A program made the position numbers and the translations under genes. From positions 15,500,001-15,564,000 of the forward strand of contig NC_082730.1 of the NCBI RefSeq assembly GCF_030144855.1: DNA of 64,000 nucleotides, read 5' to 3'. Shown piece by piece: positions 26,097 through 38,440 of this stretch (position 1 is its first letter; each line of letters starts with the position of its first letter). This DNA is from Hypanus sabinus. Taxonomy: Eukaryota. Below the pieces are notes generated by a model. The model was given only the letters and a program-made list of their open reading frames with translations. It did no database searches and was not told the origin of the DNA.

Positions 26097-27519
26097 CACA
26101 GATTTCATTTCATGGTTGATGATTCAAATTTTATTGTCAATCAACCATCTTAAATGAATATGCATGAATACAGACAAAGGAAACAGCGTTACTCTGGGAC
26201 CAAGGTACAAAACATAGTACCAACAGTCACACACAGCACTTAAGATATCAGTAAAATGCAGCCACGTTGATTGAAAATGCCACCATCTTATTTTATTTGT
26301 GTGTTCAGAAATACTGATCCATAGCACAGTGATTGCTGTGAAGAATTATTCAATGTGGGTACAATTGATGTCACTGTACAGGGGTGTTAAAGGACAAAGA
26401 GCAATAGAAAGTAATATAGGGAGCTGAATACAATGAGTGATGCACAACATGATGCATCTTGTATCAGTCAACAGGGTGTCAACTTCCAAACAGGAGATGT
26501 TGTGTATCTCAAAGCCAATCTGTGACTGTAACTCAAGATTGTACAATAATTCATCTTACTTTAAAATGAAAGAAGGAAAACAACATTGCTGTAATCATGA
26601 AGTTAGAAAATATAGATTACTCACGCTAATCAGGTACAAATGATCAGGTGACATAACATCCTTCACCTGATTTGTGAGAAAGTGATGCAATATGACCAGA
26701 GTCTGTTTTGAGTTCATAACCTCCTCGGGTCACGGTTATCTCATGAGTGTTGATTAGCCACAGATACTTCCAGATGCAGTTGCCCCACCGATGGATCCGG
26801 ACTTGTTAAACCTGAGGTTTTCAATGCTCGTCAGGAAGGATTGCCTCAAGATGGAGCCTTACACTATCATTGGGCATTACAAAGCACTTCAGAGACACAG
26901 AGTGGTAAACATTGCAAGATTCCATTGTTCAGTTTACAGGATTGAGCTTTGGTTTGAGCAAATGTGATTAAAAAGCATTTTTACTCATTTCATTGAATTG
27001 TTGTAAGGTGTTGAAACTCTAATCCACCAGTGAAACACAGGATATGATTCATATCCACACATCTGTTCTCATCAGCACCGGGTACTGTGGTTTGCTGAGC
27101 AGTTTTCTGATGTGATGGGGCAATCAAGGAAGAGGATGGAAGAAGCTGTCTTTCTGGAGTACTCACTGCAGTATCTCCACATTGAGTTTCATAAGGAAAG
27201 TACAGAGGACAGAGGTTCCAGACAAAGACCTTTACTGGAAATAACCATCAAACAGCTAACAAGAGTGCCTGCCTGATTCAACAATGTTCATACGATGTGA
27301 TGCACACAATTCATGCAGTCCCATGAATCTGTTGGGGGCATCTACTGTGGTCTCTTAAGAGTCTCCTAGGTAAGTAGATGGAACTTTGAAAAATAGAAGG
27401 CTAAGGGGAACCCTAGGTAATTTCTAAAGTGAGTACATGTTCAGCACAGCATTGTGGGACAAAGGGTCTGTATTGTTCTGTAGGTTTTCTATGTTTCTAT
27501 ATACAGTACCTCCTGTCGC

Positions 27520-28010
27520 CTCTTTATTATGTACCTCCTATACTTGATAAAGTGACTAAGAGCGTCTATTTGTGGTCTTCTGCTGCAAAAGCCGAACCAT
27601 TTCAGGGTTTTATTTGTTGTGCATTTAGAGATGCTCTTCTTTTCACCACTGTCATAACACATGGCTGTTTGAATTACTGTCATATTGCTCTCAACTTGAA
27701 CCAGTCTGCTCCTCTCCTCAGACTTCTCTCTTTAACAAGGAGTGTTTGTCATAGAACTGCTGCTCTGATGTTTTATTTTTTTGTTTTTTGCACCATTCTC
27801 TAAAAACTCTAGAAGCTTCTTTATGAAAATCCCAGGAGATCACCATTTTCTGAGATACTCAAACAGCCCTGCCTGGCATCAGTAATCATACCATGGTCAA
27901 AGTCAGTACAATCACATTTCTTCCCCATTCTGTTGTTAGGTCTGAGCAACTATTGAACATCTCAACCATGTCTGAATGCTTTTATGCTTTGAGTTACTGC
28001 CACATGACTG
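27520..28010 (-). mobile_element. Tc1-derived non-autonomous element (transposase N-terminal remnant)
   Basis: Minus strand aatggggaagaaatgtgattgtactgactttgaccatggtatgattactgatgccagg = decayed MGKKCD..DFDHGMI.. Tc1 DNA-binding region. Confidence 0.75.
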
Positions 28011-28671
28011 GTATGTTTTAAAGTTGCCTCGAAAACTGACACAGCCTTCAGAGGGAAAGGAGCCAAGTATTGCATGAAAATCCCCTTCTTCATCACACCT
28101 GTTTTCTGCTCTGCTCTTTCCTCAGAGGCAGGCTGCAGAAGAGGTTCACCCTCTTATTATCTAGATTCCAGCATATGATTTGTCCAAATGGAGAGTTTCC
28201 GCATTTTCACACTCTGACTCCATGACTCTACTTTGCAACAAGTGAAGAGCATTACCGAAGTTCAGAATACAAATTTTATGTAACTGTGTAGCAGCAGAAT
28301 TGATATTTACCTTGTGACCACTCATGCGGACTGCCGATGATCCCATTTTTGAGGGGAATCCGTGACAGGAACAAGGATAGAGGGATCAGCAGGAGAAACC
28401 GGCCACATGGGGGAGGTTTAAATGCTTTAAGTGTGTATTGACTTATCCTCTAAACTTCAGCATTTAACTAATTTATCATTATTAACATGATTGTTCAATG
28501 TTTTAGGCTCTGAGACACTCTGATATAACCCTCTGTTTCGGTGAACAATTTCTCCAACAACTGCTACTTCTGTGGGTTTAATTTAAATCCCCAACACTGT
28601 TGAAAACATATGTGGGGAGGGGGAGCTATTCCACTCAAATCCAAAATAACACTCAATATACCCTCAACAGG

Positions 28672-29115
28672 AGTACTTGATAAATTAGCCACTGACTGTA
28701 TGTTCGTGGTCTTCAAATGCTGAAGCCCATCCACTTCAATCTTCAATGTACTGTGCATTCAGAGACGTTCTTCTGCACACCACTGTTGTGTCACATGGTA
28801 ATTTGAGATACTGTCTCCTTCCTGTCAACGTGAACCAGTCTGACCATTCTCCTCTGACTTCTCTCGACAACAAGGCGTTTTCACCCACAGAGCTGCCACT
28901 CACAAGATGTTTTGTTAATTTGCTTTTTTTTTGCATCATTCTCTGTAACTTTACAAAATGTAGTGTGTGCTAATCCCAGGAGATCACCTGTTTCTGAGAT
29001 ACTCAAACTACCCCATCTGGCACCTAAAATTATTCAACAGTCAAAGTCATTTAAATTACACTACTTGCCAATACTGATATTTGTTCAGAACAACAACTGA
29101 AACTTTTGATCATGT
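28672..29115 (-). mobile_element. Tc1-derived non-autonomous element, second copy
   Basis: Similar to 27520-28010 and 40262-41475 (tctgagatactcaaactaccccatctggcacc; gtggccactgagtg-like end). Confidence 0.75.
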
Positions 29116-29224
29116 CCTTTCTCTTCCTCAGGTAACTTTTTGCCATGAAACTTTCCTCGATGACACATCACGGTTGACATTTTAACTCAGGCAAGAAAGA
29201 AAAGTGTCTGGAGGAACTTGGGAG

Positions 29225-30297
29225 TGTTACAAAGGATGAACAGCTCTGATGGGCAGAAGGGTGCAAAGTTGCCCATGTCCCCTCCCCTGGGAGAATTACA
29301 AACCATTACTGTTGCCATGCTGCTAATGAGAGAGAAAGAGATGGAACAAAAACATACTGGGACTGGAACATTTGCTTCAGACAAGGGAGAGATAACACTG
29401 GGAAAGAGAGACTTGTTGTTCCACCATATTATGACTCCTGAAAGACTTACGGCTTCGGAGAAGGATTGTTTACTTGGTACAATTCTGTTCATTAAAATTC
29501 CTCAGTGGATAGCCGGAGTGGGCTGGTTTGATGGACTAAGCCATTCAAAACTGATTGACACCTGAGACCCCGTGAGTAGTGATAAAAGTGAGGTCTGGGG
29601 AGACACCCCTCAGACACACCAAGAGACACACTAATGAGCACTGCTTAAGTGTTGGAACCCACGAGAAAGTGTGGGGCATCGGAGAACGAACAAAGGATCA
29701 GTCAATTTTAACTCATCGTGTTTATAGCGAGGCCGGTGGGGGCTTGAGTGTGTGTCCACCCTTGCCTGGGTGACGAGTCCACCATAGAAGAACGGTCTAG
29801 CTAAAGGACAGAGGGGTCATACCTGAATGGCCACAACAACACATCGATGGATCAAGAACGTAAAGGAAGGTTTAACTGNNNNNNNNNNNNNNNNNNNNNN
29901 NNNNNNNNNNNNNNNNNNNNNNNNNNNNNNNNNNNNNNNNNNNNNNNNNNNNNNNNNNNNNNNNNNNNNNNNNNNNNNNNNNNNNNNNNNNNNNNNNNNN
30001 NNNNNNNNNNNNNNNNNNNNNNNNNNNNNNNNNNNGTATGAACTGCACTGAACTGAACTTTATATTCATATATGACAATTCATTATCCCCTAGACATCGA
30101 TAGAGCTTGTTTATTGTTGATTATTATTATACCCACACTTTTAGGTTTAGTATTGCTAACGTGTATTATCTGTATATTTGGATTGTTAATATTGATTTGT
30201 ATATTTTACTAATAAACACTGTTTTGAAAATAGTACCAGACTCCAACGGATACTTCTATCTTTGCTGTTAAGACACCCAGTTACAGCGTACGTAACA
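29225..30297 (+). mobile_element. Solo LTR (about 1.07 kb including gap)
   Basis: Perfect TGTTAC...GTAACA termini; 4-bp TSD GGAG at 29221-29224 and 30298-30301; AATAAA at 30211. Confidence 0.85.
29879..30035. other. Assembly gap (157 N) inside the solo LTR
   Basis: Run of N. Confidence 1.
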
Positions 30298-30844
30298 GGA
30301 GTCTTAGACGGCATTTACAGATGTGGTCAACATTTTAGATTAAGCCCCTGCTTCATGACACCTCCAGCAATATATTTTTGAGTCAGATTATAACATCTGC
30401 TTTTGTTGGTGTCTCACAATTTGATTTTTCTCATCATTTCTATCAGTCATTGGGAATTGTCCTTTATTTTGTTAATTGTAATTATGATCTCTTTATATTC
30501 TGGCCTGCTACCTCAACAAACCTACTTATCAATTCCTCCTGGCTGTCTGCCTCCTTCTCTGTCTCCTATGGTCCAATTTCCTCTCCTATGAGATTCCTTC
30601 CTCTCCAGCCCTTTACCTTGCCCATCACTTGACTTCACCAATCATCTTCCAGCTAGCCTGAGTCCCCTTACCCCACCTTTTTATTCTGCTGTCTTCCCCT
30701 TTCCTTTTCAGTCTTGATAAAGGGTCTCAGTCTGAAACATCGACACTATGTTCATTTCCATAGATGCTGCCTGACCTGCTGAGTTCCTCCTGAATTTTCT
30801 GTTTGCTGCTTGTCACATGATCACACGTCAGCCTAAGTTGCCTC

Positions 30845-30943
30845 ACTGTGGTTTCTAATCATACTTCCTGCCCTCTTGTTCCTTATTTTTTATTTACAGT
30901 AATTTCTTTCTGTGAAGTGCTAATCAGCCTCGTGAATAAATCA
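30845..30943 (+). promoter_or_regulatory. Putative proximal promoter with RUNX (TGTGGT 30847) and ETS (ACTTCCTG 30863) motifs
   Basis: Motif pair lies about 75-100 nt upstream of the leader ATG; same pairing at the other two leaders. Confidence 0.45.
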
Positions 30944-30980
30944 ATGTGGATTTCGATTCTTCTAATTAGTTTCCTACCTG
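30944..30980 (+). CDS. Signal-peptide (leader) exon with no adjacent V exon
   Basis: ATG TGG ATT TCG ATT CTT CTA ATT AGT TTC CTA CCT G|gtgagt = MWISILLISFLP, phase 1; upstream and intron flanks homologous to the 38401 leader. Confidence 0.8.
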
Positions 30981-31254
30981 GTGAGTGACAACCAGCATGG
31001 GACATTTTTACTGTTCATTTGGGGGTCTTACATCCTATCCAGAACAGTGCTTGAATATACATAGATATTAAAGATGTCAGAGTCTGGAGTTCAGAGAAAG
31101 CTGGAGGAACTCAGCAGGCCATGCAGCGTTTGTCAGCATGATGGTAATTGTCGATGGTTTGGTTTGAGACCTTGCATTGAGTGTGAATGGAGAGGGAAGA
31201 TGGTGTAAATAGGAGGGGAGGACATTGTGAAACAGGATCAGTTACTTGGTCTGC

Positions 31255-32210
31255 ACCCCAGAGTTCTGAATGAGGGAACTGAAAAGATTCTGGAGGCATG
31301 AGTAATGATTTTGCAAGTATGGTTCCAGAGGACTTGAAAATTATAAATATCACTCAAGTCTTTAAGAAGGGAGGGAGACAAAAGGCAGGAAATTACAGGC
31401 TAATTAGCCTGATTGCAGTAGTTGGTAAGATGTTAGAGTCTATAATTAATAATGAGGTTTCAGAATATATGATATGATAAAATGACAAAATATGATATGA
31501 TAAAATAGGTCTAAGTCAGCATGATTTCCTTAAGGAGAAATCTACCTTACAAATTCATTGGAATTCTTTAAGGAATTAACAGGCTGGATGGAGAAAGGAT
31601 ACTTTGTCTGTCAGTGGATGTTGTTTACTTGGATTTTCAAAAGGCCTTTGACAAACTGCTGCAGTTGTCAAACTCGAAGTAACTTTATTATAAAATACAT
31701 TCATGTCACTATACTACCGTGAGATTCATGATGTTTTTAGGGTGATAATCTACTTAACGGTGTGCAGGGCATATCTGTGATGGAGTAGGCTGTGTCCACT
31801 AACTTTTGTAGGTTTTTCCATTCAAAGGCATTAGTGTTTTCATACCATGCCAAGGTGCAACCAGTAAGAATACTCTCCACTGTGGATCTATAGAACTTTT
31901 TCAAAGTTTTAGGGTACAGTTTGATCTTTGAAAACGTTTAAGTAAATAACACGCTGCTGTACTTTCTTTGTAATGATAATTACAAGCTGGACCCAGGACA
32001 GATCCTCTAAAATGATATCAGCAAGGAATTTAAAGTTACTGAACCTTTCCACCTCTGATCCCCTGCTGCGTACTAGCTCATGGACCTCTGGATACCTCAT
32101 ACTGCTGTCAATAATCAGCTCTTTGGTTTTGCTGATGTTCAGTGAGAGATAGCTGTTGTGACACCATTCAGCCTGATTTTCAAACTCACTCCTAAATGCT
32201 GATTGAACAC
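31255..32210. mobile_element. CR1 fragment (plus, about 31255-31660) and Rex-Babar fragment (minus, about 31740-32210)
   Basis: ttaagaagggagggagacaaaaggcaggaaattacagg CR1 RT motif; LSLNISKTKELIID..FKFL..EDLSW Rex-Babar motif. Confidence 0.7.
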
Positions 32211-32394
32211 ACATGAGAATTGAAGGAACTCAGCAGATCAGGCAGCATCTACAGAAAGGAATAAGCAATTGATGTTTTTTGGCCAAGTCCCTTCATTGAA
32301 CCCAGTTTCAGGTCAGGGTCCCCTCCTCAGATCTGGATAAAAGTGGAAGATTGTCAGTATAGAAAGCAGATCTGATCAGAAGGAAGATGTGTGT

Positions 32395-33168
32395 GTTGTT
32401 TGTCCTTCGGTGTCGAAGATGACCACGACTTCTGTCAGGTGGAGGGTTTGTGACTGTGGGTCCGGAGGTGACTGGAGAGGCCAATCCGGGCCCTGAAAGC
32501 TCGCCCACATATGGGACACATGAGGGTAGGTGCTGCAGTGGAAGTGGAGGTAGCTTGAGCCTTGCGCGCGGCGCGTTTCCTCTGAGCCTCTGCGGTGCGT
32601 CTGATTTCTGCTGCATACGCTCCTTTAGTGGTCCTGCTCCACCAGGTTGGGCGGTCCAGAGCAAGCGATTCCCAGCTACTGGGATTGATGTTGAGGTCTT
32701 TGAGGGACACTTTGAGGGAGTCTTTGAAACATTTCTTCTGCCCTCCAACTGAGCGCTAACCCTGGCTCAGCTCTCCATACAGCAGCTGTTTTGGTAGTCG
32801 ACTGTTAGACATCCTGACGACATGGCCAGCCCATCTGGCTTGGACCTTCTGGAGGAGGGTGTAGACGCTGTGGGTGCTAGCCTGCTCCAGGACCTCCATG
32901 TCTGGGACTTTGTCCTGCATCGTACGTGGAGACGTCTGCGGAGGCAGCTCAAGTGGAAGTAGTTGAGCTATCTAGCGTGTCTGCTGTGGACAGTCCAGGT
33001 CTCGCTGGCACAGAGGAGGGTAGTGAGAACCACTGCTCGGTAGACCTTCAGCTTGGTGGTAAGGCTGAGTCCTCTCTGCTCCCATACATTCTCACGGAGT
33101 CTCCCAAAGGCGGCACTGGCTTTGGCAATTCTGTTGCTGATCTCTGCATCTATGTTCATCGCTCGTGA
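32395..33168 (-). mobile_element. RTE-clade LINE 3' end (5'-truncated, about 770 bp)
   Basis: IDAEISNRIAKASAAFGRLRENVWEQRGLSLTTKLKVYRAVVLTTLL..ETWT; WAGHVVRM; C-terminal CPICGRAFRARIGLSSHLRTH zinc finger; short 3' UTR ending gaaggacaaacaacac. Confidence 0.9.
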
Positions 33169-33319
33169 TGTGTAAGATGTGTAAGATAAAAGACGATACA
33201 GTTCTGTCCCAGGTTATGAACTCCTGATCTAGGGACACTTCTACATCTTAAGAAACCTCTATAACGTTACTTAATTCAAAAGTCCAAAGTATGTACATAT
33301 GTTTACACAAAGGTTGTCC

Positions 33320-34640
33320 TTGTTTGGGATTGTAGAGAAGGTTCTTGTCAGTTACAAGAGGACATAGAAAGGTTGAAGTGCTGGAGGGTGTAATGGTAGA
33401 TGGAGTTTAACTCTAAAAATCATGAAGTGATACATTTTGGGTGATCAAAATTGAATGCAGATTACAAGTTTAATGCAGAATTCTTAACAATGTTGAGGTC
33501 CAGAGTGATATTCAGTTTCAAGTCTGTAAATTCCCCAAAGTTGCTGTACAATTTGAAAGTATGTTAATAAAGTGTAGAGTGTGCTGGACTTCAGTAGATT
33601 AGGGGACTGAGTTCAAGAACCACGAGGTAATGTTACAACTTGATAAAACTCTGGTTCGAACTTTGTATTGTGGAGTATAGGGCATAGATTGAGTGAACAG
33701 CCGGAACCTCTTTCTCATGGTGACAATGACCAATACCAGAGGACGTCCATTTTAGGAGAGTGGAAGAAAGTTTCAGGGAGATATAAGAGGTAAGTTTTTT
33801 TCACACAAAGAATGTTGGGTCCCTGGACTACACTGCAGACATGCTGGTAGAGGTTAACAGAAACAGGGACGGTTAGAGACTTTTAGACACATACAGTACA
33901 TTTACAGAGCGTAAAAGTGCATTCTCCCTGGTTGGAAGTGTTCATGTTTTATTGTTTTACAACATTGAATAACAGTGGATTTAATTTGACTTTTTGACAC
34001 TGTTCAATAAACCATAAGACATAGAGGCAGATGTAGGCCATTCAGCCCATCAAGTCTGCTCCACCATTCAATAATGGGCTGATCCGATTCTTTCAGTCAT
34101 CCCCACTCCCCTGCTTTCACCCATACACTTTGATGCCCTGGCTCATCAAGAACCTATCTATCTCTGCCTTAAATGCACCCAATGACATGGCCTCCACAGC
34201 CACTCGTGGCAACAAATTCCACAGATTTACAATCCACTGACTAAAGTAATTTCTCTGCATCACAGTTCTAAAAGGACGTCCTTCTATCATGAAATTGTGC
34301 CGTCTTGTCCTAGAATCTCCTACCATGTGACGTAACATAGTCATATCTAATCTGTTCAGGCCTTTTAACATTCTGAATGTTTTTATGAGATCCCCATCTT
34401 CTCCACATACACTCCATCCTGGTTCTAGGCCCTTCACTATTCAAGAGGTTTCAATGAGAACCCTCACTGTCCCAACCTCATGCTTCCAAACTTCAGCAAA
34501 TACAGACCCAGAGCCATCAAACACTCCTCATACATTAACCCTTTCAATCCTCAGGTTGTTCTCAGGAACCTCCACTCATTCCTCTCCAATTATATCACAT
34601 CCTTTCAAAGATAAGGGGCTGTCAAAGATAAGATAACTGT
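33320..34640. mobile_element. CR1 3' fragments (plus about 33320-33890; minus about 34010-34640)
   Basis: RTRRHNFMIEGRPFRTVMQRNYFSQWIVNLWNLLP (ORF 34117-34437, minus). Confidence 0.8.
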
Positions 34641-35450
34641 CAACAATATTCCACATGCAGTCTGACCAATACCTCATAAAGCTGCACTGTCTGTATGATT
34701 TCTCAACAGAAGAGCAGACAATGCTTTACAATCCCACCATTGTACATACAGGTATGCACAGGATTGGGATCAGGTTTAAACACAATGGTTCAGTGGCCTT
34801 TTCACTTTTCTTCATCAAATTGTTATTATTCAGTGATCTAGTTGCTGAAACAGAAATGCTTTGCATCTCTGCACTTGTTCTCATCAGCATATTGAGCCAT
34901 GGTTGTTGAGAAATTTTCCAAGAAGTGACAGGGCAATGCAGAAAGAGAGCGGAGCAATACGTCAATATTTAGCATCTGTTGTTACTTCTCTATATTCTGT
35001 TTGCTAAGACGAATAAAGAAAACAGAAGTTCTGACCACATCCTTCACTGAGGGTGAACATTATACAGATGACAGCAGTGACTGATGCAACAGAGTCAGCA
35101 CTCATACTATACAATGTACAGAATTTAAGCAGGGCTAACATACTGCATTGCATTTCACCTAAAATAAATGTAACGAACCCAAAATTACAAAAGCTCTCCA
35201 TCTAATCTGAATTATTTTTTATCATTTATCTTTTTATATACAATGTGAAATGAAATGTTTATACACAATTGCGAAGTCAGCAACAAAAATTCAGGATAAA
35301 ATAAATCAGCCATATTCCTGCATCACCTCAACCCTCACACTACAATGAAATCAAAAGCAACACACACAGAGTGCTGGAGGAACTCAGCAGATCAGGCAGA
35401 ATCTATGGAAATTAATAAATAGTTGACACTTTGGATTGAGGCCATTCTTC

Positions 35451-35688
35451 TTCCTTGCCTTTTCGTGGTGAACTACATATACCTGTCTGGACACGCACCC
35501 CCCCCCCCCCCCCGGCTGACTGCTCCTGTGGCTCCTCCCACGGACCCCAGTATGAAGGTGATTGGAGACACAGGCCCGGCCTCAGTCCCCAGGATGTAGT
35601 GTGGTGGTCAACTGCTGCTTGTTCGTTCTTCCAGCCAATAAAAGCCTATATCTCGCCTCATGTCTCCAGAGATATTGATGGTGCATCA
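35451..35688 (+). mobile_element. Short solo LTR-like element (238 bp)
   Basis: Ends gatggtgcatca after caataaaag; imperfect 4-bp flanks CTTC/CTTT; 5' TG not retained. Confidence 0.5.
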
Positions 35689-36879
35689 CTTTTATTTACC
35701 CTGGGTCCCTTTTCCCTTCCATTTCTCCTTTGGTTCACTCAACCCTCCTATCAGTTTCCTTCTTTTACAGCCTGTACCACCATTCCCATCCACCTGGTTT
35801 CACCGATCACCTTCCAGAGAGCCTTCCTCCTCTCCCCCATCTTTCAGACAGCTGCTCACTTTCTTCTCAGTCCTGAATAACAGTCTCGGGCTGAAACATC
35901 AACGATCTATTCATTTCCACAGATGCTGCCTGATCTGCTGAGTTCCCTGCAGCATTTTCTGTTAGTTGGTTTGGATTTCTAGTGTCTGCAGATTTTCCAG
36001 TGTTTACAATGAAGTTAAAGTTAAACAATTAACATTGTACAGTTAAAGTTCAAGATGGCGCCGATAAGTGGCGATTCTGCATAGAGCTCCATCATCGAAT
36101 ATTCCTGTTTAAGACTGCTATGGTTAATTTCATAATATACAGTATGTCGGTGATATTAAAATTGATTCGTATTCTGATTCTGTATGACTTCTCCAACATG
36201 TGTGACACACGAGAATTGTTATCCCTTGTATTGATAATCTTCTCAGATTTCATCTGCCCCCAGTAATCGCACAGCATGAATCTGGATAGATCACACTTCA
36301 ACTGACATGGAAAGATCTAACCTGGTGAACAGGGATACTGTGATGCTAGAGACTGGGAGTCTGAGCAAAGGTATGTAGGGTTAGAGGAAAGGGAGACCAT
36401 GGAGCTGAGCTAGGTGAGATAGAAATGTCTTCCCCTTGGACACGTGTGACTTGCCCATTTACTGTGCCCTATGATTCTATGAGAAATAGAAAATGCAGGG
36501 GGTCGTCTACTTAACACAGATAATTTCCTGTCAAAATGGAGTTGATTTGGTTTAAGAACAGATCTGACATGGATATTATGTCATTGTGACTGTGTAATTC
36601 CATTCACTTAGTTTTCCCTCACATTTAACTGTAGCAAAGTGCAATTCCATCAGAGCTCTTGAAATTGCACCAACAGATGGAACAGAATTCAGCAGGGGTG
36701 ATCTTTAAAGGTTCCTTCAAAGAGCAGACACAGCTTTCAGAGAGGAGAGGGAATGAAGTGAAGTGCTGTATGTTGAGTTTGCATAAAAAGCCCCTTCTAC
36801 ATCACACCTATTTCCTACTTCGCTCCCTCCTCAGCAGCAAGTTCCCCAAAGCAGATTTGATTGAATTATCTGAATCAGA

Positions 36880-37975
36880 ATGAAAATCAGGTTTATTATC
36901 ACCGGCATGTGTTGTGAAATTCGTTAACTTGGCAGTTGCAATTCAATTGAACATATAATATAGAAGAGAAATAATAATAAATAAACAAATAAATAAATAA
37001 ATAAACCTTTTACTGTTTATGTAAATTGAATAGGTTAAAAATCATGCAAAAACAGAAATCATGTATATTTAACAAGTGAGGTAGTGTTCACGGGTTCAAT
37101 GTCCATTTACGGATCAGATGGCAGAGGGGAAGCTGCTGTTCCTGAATCGCTGAGTGTGTGCCTTCAGCCCTCTGTATCTCCTAACTGATGGTAACAATGA
37201 GAAAAGGGAATGCCCTGAGTACTGGGTGAACCAAGGCAAGATCCAGAAGGATGTACAAATCTCTTAGTGTAACTCCAAAACTCCCTGAAATCTGGAACAG
37301 AGGGAAATTTGGAATCATGTAAATTAGCAGATAAAGGAGAGGTTATGGCAATGGGCCGGCAGCTTGCATATCAGAATTCATGTTGCAAGTTACAAAAATA
37401 ACGTTAAGACACGCTCTAGGTTGGAGTGTAGTTGTGTTTGCAGCATAGCATGAAGGATGGGGAAACATTGGCGGGATTGCAGAAGAGGGTCACTAGATTT
37501 TGCCTGTAATATCAGACCATAAGACCAAAAGACATAAGAGAAGAATTAGGCCATTCTTCCCATTGAGTCTATTCCACCATTCCATCATGTCTGATTCATT
37601 TTCTCTCTCAACCTTATTCCCCTACTTCTCCTGTTAACCTTTAATGCCCTTAATATTCAAGAATTTAACAACCTACAGGGATTTGGCCTACACACCATCT
37701 GTGGCAGTGAATTTGACAGATTCACCACCCTCCAGCTAAAGCAATTTCCCCTCATCTCTGTTCTAAAGGAATGTGCATGTACTCAGAGACACTGTCTTCC
37801 GATCCTAGAACTCCCCATCACAGGGAACATCCTCTCCACATCCATTCTCTCTTGTCTTTTCAATATTCAATAGGTTTGAATGGGATTCCCCCCCTCCCCC
37901 TCATTCTTCTAATCTCCAGTGAGTACAGGCCCAGAGCCATCAAACTTTCTCCTCACACACATAACCCTCATCATG
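36880..37975. mobile_element. Rex-Babar 3' end (minus, about 36880-37240) followed by CR1 fragments
   Basis: gaatcagaat..aggtttattatcacc tail and cctgaatcgctgagtgtgtgccttcag motif; CR1 3' motifs downstream. Confidence 0.6.
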
Positions 37976-38269
37976 GGTTCTTTCTCTTTCCAGCATTAAC
38001 TTTTCACCATGAATACTTTCCCTAATGATGCACCATGGCTAACATTATAAATCAAGCAAAAAATAACTTGAACTTCAGTCATCAGGTGGTCAGTATTTCA
38101 GATTAATTCCCTGCTTCAGGACACCTCCAGTTGTTTATTTTGACTTCAGATTAGAACATTTACCGTTGCTTGAGTGTAATATTTTAACCCGTCTCAGCAT
38201 TTTATTCAGTCTTTGAGAAATGTTTAAATGTTCCTGTCCTGCTAAATATAACTAAGAGCTTTTCAGATT

Positions 38270-38400
38270 GTCACATACCACACACCAATTGTGTTACTGT
38301 AGTTTTTTTGATTGAACTTCCTGTTGCCTTCTTCCTTATTTTTATTTCAGTCATATCTATCTGAGGACAGACAGGTCCTGACTGTGTGTCAGTGAATAAA
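38270..38400 (+). promoter_or_regulatory. Putative proximal promoter with RUNX (ACCACA 38277) and ETS (ACTTCCTG 38316) motifs
   Basis: Homologous block upstream of the inverted leader retains TGTGGT (12189) and CAGGAAAT (12146). Confidence 0.5.
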
Positions 38401-38440
38401 ATGCCGTGGACATTGATTCTTCTGATTGGTTTCCTACCTG
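38401..38440 (+). CDS. Signal-peptide (leader) exon of the most complete receptor gene
   Basis: aataaa-ATG CCG TGG ACA TTG ATT CTT CTG ATT GGT TTC CTA CCT G|gtgagt = MPWTLILLIGFLP; splices in frame to VSGALW at 39744. Confidence 0.88.

Noticed and set aside
32308-33168. Additional ORFs of 146, 100 and 80 aa
   Set aside because: Alternative frames and antisense of the RTE fragment
34710-34909. Apparent stalk exon (34710-34751) plus hydrophobic segment DLVAETEMLCISALVLISILSHGC as a second TM exon
   Set aside because: Splicing the 82-nt gap gives an immediate stop, the hydrophobic run is short, and the paralogous block at about 27000 does not keep the frame; treated as non-coding homology
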